Of a DNA stretch of 64,000 bases, positions 1 to 12,074 are shown piece after piece (position 1 is the first letter of the stretch; each line of letters begins with the position of its first letter). A model generated the notes under the pieces. It did not search any database. It was not told the origin of the DNA and worked only from the letters and a program-made list of their open reading frames with translations. The position numbers and the translations under genes are program-made. Source of the DNA: an uncultured Methanosarcinaceae archaeon (GTDB lineage: Archaea; Halobacteriota; Methanosarcinia; Methanosarcinales; Methanosarcinaceae); NCBI GenBank assembly GCA_963833425.1, contig CAWHXP010000015.1, positions 134,817 to 198,816 on the forward strand, given 5' to 3'.

Positions 1-769
1 AATATAATCCGGTAAACAAACTGAAATTTTTCGGTAGACTATGATAGAATTTTAGCTTTAATGGAGCTATATAAGAAAAATGAGATTTTGTTGCACAGAA
101 TCAACAATTAAATTTTTGAATCCTATTTTTGATTTATTGATAAAGCATTTACTTTTAATAGTTTTTGAAATGCACCAGATATGAAAGCTTTTATACATAT
201 AAAAGACAGAGAAAGTTATTCGGAATTCATTGCACAATTTGCATTTATACACAATTCAGTCATCAATAGTTTTCACAAAAGATTAGTAGAGAAGTCCGAT
301 CTTATGTTTGACTTCACAACAAACTTGTACAAAAAAACAGATCTAAAAAAGCTCACTATATTTTTCCAACTGAAGATTTTTAACCTAAATGAAGTGCTGA
401 TGGATATTTTTTTGCAAGGCTGGCAGAGAATTCTACCAGGAATCTCTTAGAGTAAGCAGATTAATCAGATAGTAGAAAATATTTCTACAAATGCTCGTAG
501 AAAAAAACATTCAGATAAGAGAAATTCTAGACATAGAAATATCTCTCAGCATTGTATTCAGGCTTCATTAAATGTCTGAATATCATAAAATTTTTGGTAT
601 TAAAAATGAAATTTTACATGGATAAATTTTCAATTTATGCTCATTGGAAACACGAACTTGAAATGAGTACTATTAATGTCAATTTGCGATATTGAAGAAA
701 GTGATGCTGCAACTAGAATTTCTGAAATAGGCAATTATCATAATTTTTCTGCAGGATATCAGCTTGATT

Positions 770-963
770 GGAATTGAAGCTATGAATATGATTAAAAAAA
801 GACAAGTCAATAATTTAAAATACTCTGTTCTCAATGAAGTCAAATACATTGATCACTTATTAAGTATAGTTTTATAATGTTAGTACATTTTCCTTGAATA
901 TTTTGATTTTTATTCATTACTAATAGATTTACATGCTTATTTTGAAATTTTTGCAACAGAACC
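770..963 (+). mobile_element. IS6-family right-end remnant (transposase 3' tail and terminal inverted repeat)
   Basis: Ends in TTTTTGCAACAGAACC (948-963). The preceding ~190 bp closely match the IS6 3' end at 36130-36314. Confidence 0.8.
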
Positions 964-1542
964 GCTTGATTAATAGCTTGAAGCTGTTCCTAATATTTAC
1001 CAATTTGCTGATAAATTTTATATCAGGAGATCACAAGAATGAAATCAATATAGAAAAACTCAATTTAACGCAGATTATCCAGGCAGATCAAGAAAAAAAA
1101 TAACACGTTTAAAGAGTTTTTAATCTAAAGAAAACGTCAATTGGTCATGTAAACATAATTATTAATCTAGAAAGGAAAATTACCAAAACGATATGCATCT
1201 TCTTACAAATGATGAGGTATAATGAAGATAAAATAGGGCCTGAAAAGGAGAAATTCAGATGAATAGATTGTTGAGATTGAAAACTTTTCGGTCGATGGAC
1301 AGATAAAAACAATTTGTGAAATAATCGAAATTTTAGAAAAAAAGGATTAGAAGAGTGCGCAAGGAAGATCCTATCATGTACTTCCACGCCAAATCCCGTT
1401 ATCATTATGTACCATTGACTCGTATATATGATGTAATTAATAAGTGCATAAACACATCCATAAAGTACAAAAAAGACAGTCTACAGGGAGAGGAAAAAGA
1501 AATAAATCTCAAAAAAGTACTTTTGACCAGCGTTCAGACTTT

Positions 1543-1632
1543 AGAGAATTTCGTTAAATCTCTGATTTTCATGAGTCATTTATATACCCTTCAGAAGTAT
1601 GTGACGAAATTTAGAGTTTATCGAAATTTTCT
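1543..1632. mobile_element. ~90-bp MITE, family A (IS5-like ends)
   Basis: AGAGAATTTCGTTAAA...TTTATCGAAATTTTCT ends match the termini of the IS5 at 17809-18955. Confidence 0.75.
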
Positions 1633-1807
1633 TTAAAAAACTTATAGTTGCAAGCCTTAATTGAATTTAAAAATTAAAATAATCTGATTGTTTTTCACAG
1701 GAAACCTTCCACAATAATTTTTCAAAAAGAAACTGGAAATTTGAAAAGATTTGGTACTGTAAAATGCCGGTTTTTAATATGCTTAAGTTAAAAAGGGATG
1801 GCAATCA

Positions 1808-2437
1808 ATGGTAGACGACCCTGAAAGAGAAGCATGTGCTGACATTCACTACAAAGAGATTGAAAGAGAGATCTCAGTTGCTGAAGTCATGAATAAAACA
1901 ATCATAGTAATGGATATCAACTCAGCTATTCCATCTATTGCTAGGGAGATGATTCGTTGTGAAGCAGGTAGCGTTATTATTACTAAAAACAGAAAAGCCA
2001 TCGGGATAATAACTGAAAGGGATTTTGTGAAGAATATAGTTGCAAAGGATAGGAGACCAAGTGAAATGATTGCAAGCGAAATCATTTCAACTCCACTGAT
2101 AACCATCGAACCTGACAAAAGTGTCGTAGAAGCTTCAGAAATCATGTTGAAAGCAAATATAAAAAGGCTGCCAGTTCTGGAGAAGGATACAATAATAGGA
2201 GTGATCTCAACTACTGATATTTTGATGGTAACCCCTGGGCTCAATACTATACTCAAAGATCTTATTGATATGAACCGTGAGACTCTACTCTCCATTCCCT
2301 CAATCGAAGATATTTCAGAGGAATTCAGTACAGGAATATGTGAATCCTGTGAAACTTATTCATCTGATCTTAAATTAGTGGACGGTAAGTACTTATGTGG
2401 AAAATGTCAACAAGAAGAAGGAGAGTATTACGAATGA
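1808..2437 (+). CDS. CBS-domain protein with C-terminal CxxC...CxxC zinc-ribbon
   Basis: Two CBS motifs (GIITERD, KRLPV..GVIS) and a CESC...CGKC tail. Confidence 0.9.
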   Translation: MVDDPEREACADIHYKEIEREISVAEVMNKTIIVMDINSAIPSIAREMIRCEAGSVIITKNRKAIGIITERDFVKNIVAKDRRPSEMIASEIISTPLITIEPDKSVVEASEIMLKANIKRLPVLEKDTIIGVISTTDILMVTPGLNTILKDLIDMNRETLLSIPSIEDISEEFSTGICESCETYSSDLKLVDGKYLCGKCQQEEGEYYE

Positions 2438-2498
2438 ATGATATATTTAGCTCTCAGTCATTGATATGGGATCTCAGTGTAATACAGGGCGGTAAAAA

Positions 2499-3293
2499 AT
2501 GAACGTAAATGAAATTATGTCATGTGAACCTGTAAGTGTTAAAGCGGGGGACTTCATAACTCACGCCCGTCAGCTGATGCGTGATCACTTTCTTCGAGGT
2601 ATTGTTGTTGTTGACGACGAGAACAGGCTTGTGGGAATGCTGAACGACCAGGACATTCTTCGAGTCACATCCACTCGCTCGAACGTCACTGTGGGAGGAT
2701 ATGCAAGGCAGACCCCAACAGTCACTCCAGATATGGATGTCATGAAAGCTGCAAAGCTGATCGTACAATCAAAGCAAAACAGGTGTCCAATTGTCATATC
2801 AACTAACGAACATACAGTTGTCGGGATTCTGAGTGATGTAGACGTTCTCAGAAATGTGGAAATCCCAAAAAACATTCCTGAAACTGTAGAAGCGATCATG
2901 ACAAAAAAAGTCCAAACTTGCTCTCCGGAGGAGAGGGTCAGCAAAGTTTGGGGGCATATGCTCGAAACAGATTATACAGGCATTCCAGTGGTTTCAAATA
3001 AAGGAGAACCTATTGGGATGATAACCAGGAGAGACATAATCAAATCAGGAGCTGTACGAATTTCGCTGGAAGATGAGCGAGCAAGTAGACCCAATGACAG
3101 TCCAAAGGTTAAAAAGGTTATGTCAACTCCTACATACACTCTTTCAGAGAGTGATTCCGTCCAGAGTGCAATTGAGATGATCATCCACTATGATATCGGA
3201 AGAGTGACTATAGTAAATATAAATGGAAAAATATCCGGAATCATTGATAGACAGGACCTTCTTGAATCTATTGTCAATGCCTGGAAGCAATAA
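2499..3293 (+). CDS. CBS-domain protein (four CBS domains)
   Basis: Repeated V.EIM/IM motifs, GIPVV and GMITRRD. Confidence 0.9.
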   Translation: MNVNEIMSCEPVSVKAGDFITHARQLMRDHFLRGIVVVDDENRLVGMLNDQDILRVTSTRSNVTVGGYARQTPTVTPDMDVMKAAKLIVQSKQNRCPIVISTNEHTVVGILSDVDVLRNVEIPKNIPETVEAIMTKKVQTCSPEERVSKVWGHMLETDYTGIPVVSNKGEPIGMITRRDIIKSGAVRISLEDERASRPNDSPKVKKVMSTPTYTLSESDSVQSAIEMIIHYDIGRVTIVNINGKISGIIDRQDLLESIVNAWKQ

Positions 3294-3468
3294 CCTTTAG
3301 AAAGCCGCTTTTTGAAAGAAAAGCTTTCACACAAAAAGATTGCAGAATTAAAGAGTGTCACAAAAAAATATAATTGACAAATAAAGGAAACCTTTCGGAA
3401 AAATTCACTGAAAAATTAACTTCAGATTCCAAGGAAATTCCTGCAAGTAGGCAGGAAAAAAAAGGCAT

Positions 3469-4518
3469 ATGAAAAAAGCAATTAACTGCAACTTGAACTC
3501 GGTGGTCCAATTGAAAAAAAATACAACGTTTTCGTCAGCCGAAAAAATTAAAATTAAGGGAAAACTGAACAAAGAGGACAGGGGAGTGCAGCGGAATGAC
3601 CCGAAGATGGCAAGCAGTACAGGCACAATGGACATGGGTCCACTGGAGTTTAAGTCACGCATTTCGGAACATGAAGGGCGCATCCTAGCTTTAGCAACAA
3701 GGAATGTAGTGACTCTTCCTCCCACAGCAACCATTATGGAAGCAATTAAGATTATGACTGAAAAGAGATTCAGGCGCATTCCGATTGCAAATGCTGGAAC
3801 ACAGAGACTGGAAGGAGTCGTTACTTCCGTAGATATTATCGATTTTTTGGGGGGCGGTAAAAAAAATTTGCTCGTCGAAAAACGCTTCAAGGGTAACTTG
3901 CTGGCTGCAATAAACGAGGAAATAAGGCAAATAATGGAAACTGGTATTGCCTATCTCCACGAACAGGCAGACTTTAAAGAAGCTGTTTCAATGATGCTTG
4001 AAAGGAGGACAGGGGGTCTGCCAATTGTAGACAGTAACATGCATGTTGTTGCAATTTTTACCGAAAGGAACGCAATAGAACTTATGGGCGGGCTCGTGAC
4101 AAATAAAACTGTTGATGAGTACATGACCAGGAACGTAAAGATGGTGTCAACTGATACACCCATAGGACACGCAGCAAAATTGATGGTAGAGAACAAGCTC
4201 CGAAGACTCCCTGTAGTTAAGAATGGAATCTTTGCTGGAATAGTTACAGCCTCTGATATTGTCCATTTCCTTGGGAGGGGAGACGCTTTCAGCAAACTGA
4301 CAACAGGAAATATTCATGAAGCTCTCGACCAGCCTGTAGGTTTTATTGTCTCAAAAGATCTGATATGGACAAATTCTGGCACAGACATGGGAAAAGCGAT
4401 GGGAATTATGCTCGAGGAAAAAATAGGTTCACTCCCGGTACTGGAAGAAGGATTGCTACGTGGCATAATTACAGAGAGTGATTTCCTGAAACTTTTGAGT
4501 TCTGAAAAGCATATCTAA
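3469..4518 (+). CDS. CBS-domain protein (four CBS domains; true start possibly 3607)
   Basis: RRIPI, GGLPIV, RRLPVV, GSLPV..GIITESD motifs. Confidence 0.9.
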   Translation: MKKAINCNLNSVVQLKKNTTFSSAEKIKIKGKLNKEDRGVQRNDPKMASSTGTMDMGPLEFKSRISEHEGRILALATRNVVTLPPTATIMEAIKIMTEKRFRRIPIANAGTQRLEGVVTSVDIIDFLGGGKKNLLVEKRFKGNLLAAINEEIRQIMETGIAYLHEQADFKEAVSMMLERRTGGLPIVDSNMHVVAIFTERNAIELMGGLVTNKTVDEYMTRNVKMVSTDTPIGHAAKLMVENKLRRLPVVKNGIFAGIVTASDIVHFLGRGDAFSKLTTGNIHEALDQPVGFIVSKDLIWTNSGTDMGKAMGIMLEEKIGSLPVLEEGLLRGIITESDFLKLLSSEKHI

Positions 4519-4540
4519 CAAATGATCCAAAGCTAAATTA

Positions 4541-4631
4541 AGAGGATTTCGACAAACCTCAATTTTTGGATGGTGGGATATAAAGCTTATAAAGGCAAGT
4601 TAGTGAAATCGGAGATATGTCGAAATTTTCT
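4541..4631. mobile_element. ~90-bp MITE, family A
   Basis: AGAGGATTTCGACAAA...ATGTCGAAATTTTCT inverted ends, intergenic between CBS genes. Confidence 0.7.
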
Positions 4632-4931
4632 AAATTGACTGCAATTAAATTGAAATTTAGAAGAATTTTTAGCTTAAATTTTCAGAATTTAGAGAAGAAA
4701 AAATTCCCTTGCTGGATAGATTAAGAAAAAAAATCTGTAGCTCAGGTATTCAATATTTTGGAGTGTTCTAATTTTAAATAAGAACCTTCTCAAATTAGTT
4801 TTAACTCCAGCAAAAAATATGCATTATTATCTAAACTATAACATTTACGGTTACAAATTATGAATTTCGCATCCGATTCAAAAACTGTAATTGTCAACAC
4901 TTATATATAGTAAAAATTAAGGAGGTATTCC

Positions 4932-5777
4932 ATGAATGTGGCGGACATCATGAGTTCACCTGTGTATGTCATAAACGCAGATGAGCCCGTATCACATGCA
5001 AGAAAATTAATGTTAAAGCATAGAATTAGCACGTTGCTGGTTCTGAATGAGAGCAAGATGGTGGGAATCATAACTAAATCAGACATTAGCAACCGTCTGG
5101 CTCAAGCTGAACCCCTCTGGAGAAGAAGGCCAATAGACCAGATTCCTATAAAGCTGTTGATGACAGAATCGGTCATTACTATCTATCCCGAAGCCTCCAT
5201 TTCCCAAGCATCCGCCTTAATGCTTGAGAACAGAGTGCATAACATCCCAGTGGTAAAGAACAATATTGTAGGTATTGTCACCAGGACAGACCTCGTGCGC
5301 TATGTTGCGGAAAACACTGAAGAAATGAAAACAAAAGTTTCTAAATTAATGACTGAAGATGTTGTTTCTGTTCACAGACATCATACAATCAACCATGTAA
5401 TCGACGAAATGAACAGAAACGAGATCGAAAGAGTAGTTGTTAAGGATGATACAGGGAAATCTGTAGGGATCATTTCCAGGAAAAATCTCGCTTTAAACCT
5501 CTTAACTGACAATGAAGGAGGGCTTTCCACAAAAAATATCAAAATGGCCCGCAAATCCTCACCTGCGGGCCAGAAAATCTACAGATACGTAAAAGAAGTT
5601 CCTTTGACCGCAGAAGACATCATGGTTTCCCCAATAATTTCAATTGAAGTGAACGAAAATGTCAGTGCAGCCGCAAAAAAAATGATTGAAGAAAGAGTAA
5701 CTGCCCTTCCTGTCAGTGATGGAGAAGATATAGTGGGCATACTAAGCAGAACAGACATTATGAAAGCTATCATCTAA
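4932..5777 (+). CDS. CBS-domain protein (four CBS domains)
   Basis: [11 protein letters not shown] start, [31 protein letters not shown] upstream. Confidence 0.9.
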   Translation: MNVADIMSSPVYVINADEPVSHARKLMLKHRISTLLVLNESKMVGIITKSDISNRLAQAEPLWRRRPIDQIPIKLLMTESVITIYPEASISQASALMLENRVHNIPVVKNNIVGIVTRTDLVRYVAENTEEMKTKVSKLMTEDVVSVHRHHTINHVIDEMNRNEIERVVVKDDTGKSVGIISRKNLALNLLTDNEGGLSTKNIKMARKSSPAGQKIYRYVKEVPLTAEDIMVSPIISIEVNENVSAAAKKMIEERVTALPVSDGEDIVGILSRTDIMKAII

Positions 5778-6052
5778 AACACAGCCAATGTAGATACACT
5801 AGCAAGAAAAAAATAATAACATGAAAGACAACAAAAGCAAAAAAAGGATGCTAAGTAAAAATATGAGATTTTTTATCATTTTGTTTGATTTTTAATTTAT
5901 TAGATTCGCAAAATGAGGGGCATGCTTTATGAATTTTTATAATCCCAGAAAACATTTAAAAGTTTCGGGATCTCGAAAAACGGATGATGAAAACACGCAA
6001 AAAAATTGCGAAAAAAATAATGAAAATTATGGATACGCATAAGGTGAATTGC

Positions 6053-6829
6053 ATGCAAGTTAAAGACATTATGGTACAGCCACACAGGATTGACAAGTCA
6101 GACACCATTTCACACGCTCTAGACCTTATGGAGAAAAAGAATACAAAAAGACTGCTAATAGTCCACGGTGATCAGGTTCTTGGAATACTTACCATGAGAA
6201 GTCTGACAGAGCAGCTCGGAACTCGAAAGAAACTGAGCAAACCGGCATCATCTCTGCATGTTGCAACAGCCGTATCCGACAACTTTGTAAAGGTTCTGCC
6301 AGATACCGACGTTAAAGATGCCCTTACCCTGATGAAAAAAAACGGCGGCGTGATCATCATCACTGATGAAGGGAACGTAACTGGTTGGGTGACTCCCCAG
6401 GAATTTATGAAGATAAACCGTTTCAAAGGCTTTGTAGGGGAAGTAATGGAAAAAAATCCTATCACTATTAGCCCTTTGGATCGTGTGAGTCATGCCAGGC
6501 ATCTAATTCTTGATAAAAATGTGGGAAGGCTGCCAGTCACTGAAAATGGGAAGCTCGTAGGTATTGTTGCAGAAGATGATATCGCTTTTGCTATGCGCTC
6601 TTTCAGGGATCTAGTGGCTGCCAATCAACAAGATTCAAGAATCAAGAACTTACTGGTGGGAGATATCATGACTCGCAGTGTAGTCAGTGTCTATACCAAT
6701 ACCCCTCTTTCCGAAGCTGTTCAGACTATGCTGGAACACGATGTCGGAGGTGTTCCAGTCCTTGACCTTGAAGAAGAACTTGTTGGTTTTTTGGCCCGCA
6801 GGAATGTCATAAATACAATTACAGAGTGA
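6053..6829 (+). CDS. CBS-domain protein (four CBS domains)
   Basis: MQVKDIM start after a GGTG RBS (the ORF track begins at 5984); GRLPV and GGVPV motifs. Confidence 0.9.
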   Translation: MQVKDIMVQPHRIDKSDTISHALDLMEKKNTKRLLIVHGDQVLGILTMRSLTEQLGTRKKLSKPASSLHVATAVSDNFVKVLPDTDVKDALTLMKKNGGVIIITDEGNVTGWVTPQEFMKINRFKGFVGEVMEKNPITISPLDRVSHARHLILDKNVGRLPVTENGKLVGIVAEDDIAFAMRSFRDLVAANQQDSRIKNLLVGDIMTRSVVSVYTNTPLSEAVQTMLEHDVGGVPVLDLEEELVGFLARRNVINTITE

Positions 6830-6844
6830 ACAAAATGAGAAAGC

Positions 6845-6981
6845 CTACATTCCGCAGTTGTACACAAATGGAGAATTTGTTTCCCTATTTGCCAGTATTA
6901 TTATTGAAAGCTAGACCAATTTTGAAGCTATTTTTATATTGAGAAAATAGAAGGCCTTTTGTGTGCATCTGTAGAAAGTGA
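6845..6981. mobile_element. ~135-bp MITE-like repeat, family B
   Basis: CGCAGTTGTACACAA...TTGTGTGCATCTGTAG inverted ends; interior similar to copies at 25256, 36341 and 40145. Confidence 0.6.
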
Positions 6982-8028
6982 ACTAGAGAAAAAACTTGGA
7001 GAAAAAAGAACTCGAGAAAGACTAAACTAATAAAAGTAGATAGCTATTCAGCCTGGGAAAAATAATATCAAGTGCCATCTTTAATAGGATTCAATGAACG
7101 AATTTTAGTGGACTAGTCTTAGATTACTATCGGCTGTTGATAATGTTTTTATTTCTTCACCAGTTAGTAACCAGAAGTATCTATTGCATCAAAATGTATC
7201 AAAAAGCTCGATGAACTTGAAACCCAAAATCAACTTCATGACGAATGGAATTAAGAGCACATTTTTGCTAATTTTGACAATATTAATAGTTTAATTATAA
7301 CAAAAATGGGGGCTACGAAATATAAAATACAATAAAATAATATATATTCATAAATTTATCGAATCAAATTTAGCTAAAAACGGATTGATTTTCCAATGAT
7401 AACAGTAGAGGATTCATCGATAAATCACAAATAAGAAACCAAAAACCACTTACAGATTCATATGCAACAATATAATAATTTTCTAATATTACCTAATTTT
7501 TAAAAGCCAAAATTCCGTCGTTATCTTCATCTAAAAGTTGTTATTTTTTTATCAGATATACCGAAGATAGCAGTGGGAAAAAAGTTTATGAATGTCAAAA
7601 CTAAATGAATTTTTATCATTTTTGACAATTTAAATCACACTTATAGAGCTGTGAAATTGCCTAAAAGGACAATTTAGCATCAATAATAAAATTTACACTT
7701 GAATTTTCTATAGTAATTCCATGATCAATTTTTAAACTATTTTTAAAAATCAAATCTAAGAAACCTTAGACAAGATAATGATGAAATCGATGGTTTAAAA
7801 AGAGAGTGTAAAAAGTATTTTCATTTGTTTGTGCCTGTTATTCGAAGAATTCCAAGCTCGCTTTCGAAGATAATAAAGAGTTCTTGATAAATCGAATGAA
7901 GCTCTACTATACCCACTTTAACTTCTGTGGAAACAAGAGAAGTTAAGATTGTGAAGATAAATAGTTTTGAATCTAGTCGATTCCAAAACCATTTCTACAA
8001 ACAAAAAAATATTAAAAAGTATAGAACC

Positions 8029-8316
8029 TCAGGATCTATCTAAGAAATCATACACGTTTCCTGTGGCTTCCTTAAACGTGACATCAAAATTATCCACACG
8101 TGAAATAGTTGGGCCTTTACGGAGTTCATCCATCAGAATTTTGATGGCTTCACACCTACCTTCGGCTATCACTAAAACTCTTCCGTCTCTAAGGTTTATA
8201 GGATTGCAGTCCACAAAAAGTTTCTGGGCAGCGTTCTTAGCAAATCTACGAAAACCAACGCCTTGTACTCTTCCTGATACATAGATTTCCGCACGAACTG
8301 TATATCCAGAATTCAC
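8029..8316 (-). CDS. acyP: Acylphosphatase
   Basis: Signature VSGRVQGVGFR, N..DGRV and LRKGP. Confidence 0.9.
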   Translation of the reverse strand: MNSGYTVRAEIYVSGRVQGVGFRRFAKNAAQKLFVDCNPINLRDGRVLVIAEGRCEAIKILMDELRKGPTISRVDNFDVTFKEATGNVYDFLDRS

Positions 8317-9380
8317 ATCTGACTATTATTGAATGAAAACTTATAAAACCATTTGCTCTTCTACAGTATTTCCGAATCTAGTCAGTTCCGAAAACGATTC
8401 CTAAAAGTCAGAATAAAATCAAAAAAATTCTAATATAATGGAGTCGTTGAGTATGATGACTAAGAATGACTCTCTTTTTCTGAAGAAAAAAGATCCTGAT
8501 TGATGGACACCGGTGAAAAACTACTTTAAGGGCAGCTATTCTTGGAAAGTATGTAATATATACAGAATTTTAGGCGAGGGAAACTCAAAGTTGCATTTCA
8601 GCTAACAGAAGAAAAGCTTGAAATTTCGAAATCTTCCATACAGAAAGATAATGCCCGGATTCCAGACACTTCTCCAATCATTTTAGAAATAGAAAGCATC
8701 TTCAAAACTGTACAAAATTATGAGAATATTCCTGAAACTTAAGAGGATCATAACTATCAAAAAATTGAAAATTTTATAAAGATACTCAAAAATAACTTAA
8801 TCTGATTGAGCAAGATTCTGATTTGAACATTGAAACTGTGACTTAAATTTTCGTGCGCATAAATTTCAAAGGAGTTACGCGAGTCAGGCTGATTTTGCGA
8901 TGTCCAAGATTGCTGCAATGAAACTTATAATGGATATAAGATCAGGAAAGAGATTGATGTTTCTGTCATCTGGAAATTGCTCCGGAATTTTATAGTTAGA
9001 TGTTGATGTTAACAGGTAATTTGCTTCTACATAATATTTCCGGAAATTACTTGGCTAAAGAATGAGAATAGAATGATGATCTCTATGATTCGAACTATAC
9101 GGATTTACTAAGAATCTTCTTTACATCTGGATACCGTAGGAAGAAACTATCTGATTTTATTAGTACTCTTTCGGGAGGAATTTTGAAACAAGGATGTACG
9201 AAGAAAAAATTGCTCGTGGATCTTTGAAGAAGCTTGAAGAGAGATAGAACTTATAAAACGACATCATGTTAAAGTGTAGAACAAAAAATGGGAGTTAAGT
9301 TTAGAAAGCCAGATAATCAATGTTTATAAGCTTCATGACTAAAAATTTTTCTTAACTAAAAATAATCTCTTTTAGAAAAA

Positions 9381-9453
9381 CGCCCGGACCGGGATTCGAA
9401 CCCGAGTCGGAGCCTCGACAGGGCTCCATGATAGGCCTCTACACTATCCGGAC
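9381..9453 (-). tRNA. tRNA-Asp (GTC)
   Basis: Reverse complement folds as a cloverleaf: GAGCC-CTGTCGA-GGCTC anticodon arm, GGTTCGAATCC T-loop. Confidence 0.95.
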
Positions 9454-9563
9454 ACTTTGATGTCTTTAATTGCTGTTTTATTCGCGCTTTGAGTAAAGCA
9501 TAGACGTTTTTCTAATATATTAATCATTCTATCAAGGTTTTAAATCCTGCTAAATATTTTATG

Positions 9564-9678
9564 TCCCGCCTCCCAGACTCGAACCGGGGACATCGCGGTG
9601 CCTGCGCAGAAATTACGGGGAGTTTTTCCCGCATGAGCCGAACTACAGCCGCGCACTCTACCACTGAGTTAAGGCGGG
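9564..9678 (-). tRNA. tRNA-Tyr (GTA) with 43-nt intron at 37/38 (9600-9642)
   Basis: C1:G72 acceptor CCCGCCT/AGGCGGG-A and anticodon CT-GTA-G. The intron boundaries form a bulge-helix-bulge (CTGT/GCAG helix, AGT and GCA bulges). Confidence 0.93.
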
Positions 9679-10404
9679 ATGATGGATGCTTATTCAGTGC
9701 TGCACAAGGCTGCGCTGCTTTATTGCACCATCTTCATATATGGTGATGATATTTATGTTTTTCGCTGAATGAGAGCATCTTTTTTCACATTTTTTAGAAA
9801 TTAATTTAAAAAAGTGAAGTAAAAAAATGTATGAAAAGAACTATACAGCCTATTTTGTCAATGGCAGTTTAATTTTCCCTACTTTAATCGGTTTAAATTT
9901 TCCCATTTTGTGCTATAAAATCTAGATGATCCTGATAAACTCCAATTTTGACTGATCGCTATTAAAAGATATATAAGCAATTTGTTGAAATTAGAGATTT
10001 TCGGAATTTTCTTTACTTAATATTTCATAGATTACCAAAGAGAACATTAAATTCTCTAATAACGAGGCAAATAAAAGAAAGTACCTTCAAGGTTAACAAT
10101 GACTTTCATGACAAATCCAAAACTCTTTGAATTCAAATTTTATGGTACCCTAAGTAACGTTTAATCCCAGAAATATTTCAATATTGTATTACTCACTAAC
10201 AAAATTAAAAGCACAATTTTAACTCTTTGAACAAGGATTGATAGCTGACTTCTTGAGTTAATTAATTTAATCAAAAGAAAATTCTGTCAAATTACCAGAA
10301 ATGAAATCCTATTAAAGATTTACAGAGCTTATACTTATCCCGAAACCTATAAATATATAAAAATACATTGTGAGGTTCGCTCATTCAATGAGAATATTCT
10401 GCTT

Positions 10405-10478
10405 GGGCTCGTAGCTTAGTCAGGCAGAGCGATGGACTCTTAATCCATAGGCCGGGGGTTCAAATCCCTTCGAGCCCG
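10405..10478 (+). tRNA. tRNA-Lys (CTT)
   Basis: GGGCTCG/CGAGCCC acceptor, ATGGA-CTCTTAA-TCCAT anticodon arm; TATA-like box upstream. Confidence 0.95.
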
Positions 10479-10687
10479 CTATTTTCTTAATTTTTTTTCA
10501 AAGCTTCTTTTGGCGAGTCAAGCTTCTATTGATAAATTCCAAAAAATTGTTGAGACTAAAACATTCTCGGGTATGCATGTATAAAAATAATAGTTGATTA
10601 ATCAGAATTTGCAAAAAAGGAAACATAAAGTCATGAGAAAATAATCTAATTTACTTTTATGTTAAATTAGAAGGAACAATGAAAATA

Positions 10688-10709
10688 ACCCCCTTGTTTC
10701 CACTGCACT
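10688..10709 (-). promoter_or_regulatory. Isolated ORB-like box
   Basis: Reverse complement AGTGCAGTGGAAACAAGGGGGT resembles the archaeal origin recognition box with G-string. Confidence 0.55.
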
Positions 10710-10905
10710 TTGGAATCTTTTGGGTTTTTTGGATTAATTATATATTATAGCAAGATTCTAATTAAATGAGATATTAAGCCTGATATTCCTGTTAAAAAGT
10801 CTTGTTCACGACTCTTTTTTGGCATCAAACATAAAATATTAATTCAAACTATTGACTTCCTAGTATAGATCTTACAAAAAATAAACTGTTAAAAAATTTT
10901 AATGT

Positions 10906-11940
10906 TTACATAGATTTCCTGAATTCATTTATACCCTGCGCCACGTTAGAGAGCAAAATAGAAGCTATCTTCTGGTTAGGCCAGGAACCCAACCCGCAGT
11001 CAGGACCTATATACTTAATTAGGTTTCCGAAACGTCTGTAAGCAAGGAGGAGCCTCTTTGCTATAACATCCGGGGTTTCAAGTTTTGTAACGACCTCAGG
11101 AAGATACTGCTGATCTTTCCAGACATTAGTACAGTACATTTCATTAAGTATTCCTACTAGGCTAAAAATATCAGTTCTCGCAATCCCAAGCCTCAGGAAA
11201 GAATCAGTGTCTTCAAGTACCTTTTTGTCGATTAGATTCATGTAAGAAGGAGTCCCTGCTGATTCTATTCCTATAACATTGATTGTAGAAGCCTCGCAAG
11301 CGAAACTATAATAAAGAGCAGAATGAAGGTGAATCTCCACATCAGCTCCCCACTTACTTGCTGCCTTAGAGGCATCGTTTAATGCAGAAATAATATCATT
11401 TTCATCAAAAGCAAGCTCAGGGTTCAACCCAATGCTTGGTTCATCGATGGAAACAGTTGTAATCTTAAAGTGCTTTGCAAACCTCATAGAGTTTCTGACG
11501 AAATTGTTCACACTTTTCGCAAGAAGAGAATAGATGTCAGTGTACCGAGTACCTCCAAATTTTTTCAGGTAAAGTTCGGTTGGACCTGTTACACAGATTC
11601 TGACTTTCAACTTCTCCCCAAACTTTTCCTTATAGGTTTTTGCAACCTTTTCTATAGCTTCAAGTTCTTCGATTCGAGCACATTCAAGTTTCACCTCGAA
11701 GGGACTGTAACAGCAATTTGGATCCCAGATAACCTTCAAGAACTGCTCATTCATGTCCTGGTACTGAGGATAGGTAGAAACTTCCACTCCTGCATCTATT
11801 TTCTGCTGGAAGGCATCGTTGATTACCCCAAAAAGTCTCTCATCTTCTGTTCTCGTTTTAAAGGCGTTTCGGATCCATTCTTTGCTAACTCCTTCAGGAA
11901 GGGGATAGCTTCCGATATCATCATAAATGATTTCTTCCAT
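10906..11940 (-). CDS. Core (folate-independent) MetE-like methionine synthase, paralog 1
   Basis: DIGSYP, YPQY, C.TGP, SIDEPS, IHLH and GPDCGLG; catalytic-domain-only length (344 aa). Confidence 0.85.
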   Translation of the reverse strand: MEEIIYDDIGSYPLPEGVSKEWIRNAFKTRTEDERLFGVINDAFQQKIDAGVEVSTYPQYQDMNEQFLKVIWDPNCCYSPFEVKLECARIEELEAIEKVAKTYKEKFGEKLKVRICVTGPTELYLKKFGGTRYTDIYSLLAKSVNNFVRNSMRFAKHFKITTVSIDEPSIGLNPELAFDENDIISALNDASKAASKWGADVEIHLHSALYYSFACEASTINVIGIESAGTPSYMNLIDKKVLEDTDSFLRLGIARTDIFSLVGILNEMYCTNVWKDQQYLPEVVTKLETPDVIAKRLLLAYRRFGNLIKYIGPDCGLGSWPNQKIASILLSNVAQGINEFRKSM

Positions 11941-12074
11941 ATCTTCTTAGTAAACCTCTAACAATTTAACATTATTGAAAGACAAAAAATTTATAAAAAA
12001 ATAAAACATAAAGCTCTGAAAAACTTCATTATTAAGAAAAACTTTTTAATTAATTTACTTATTCGTTCACTAGT

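Noticed and set aside
1355..1636. 93-aa ORF upstream of the CBS cluster
   Set aside because: Its 3' third is a family A MITE and it has no recognisable domain; likely spurious.
8480..9290. Apparent decayed gene between acyP and tRNA-Asp
   Set aside because: Coding-like texture but no recognisable motif; cannot assign without TBLASTN/BLASTX.
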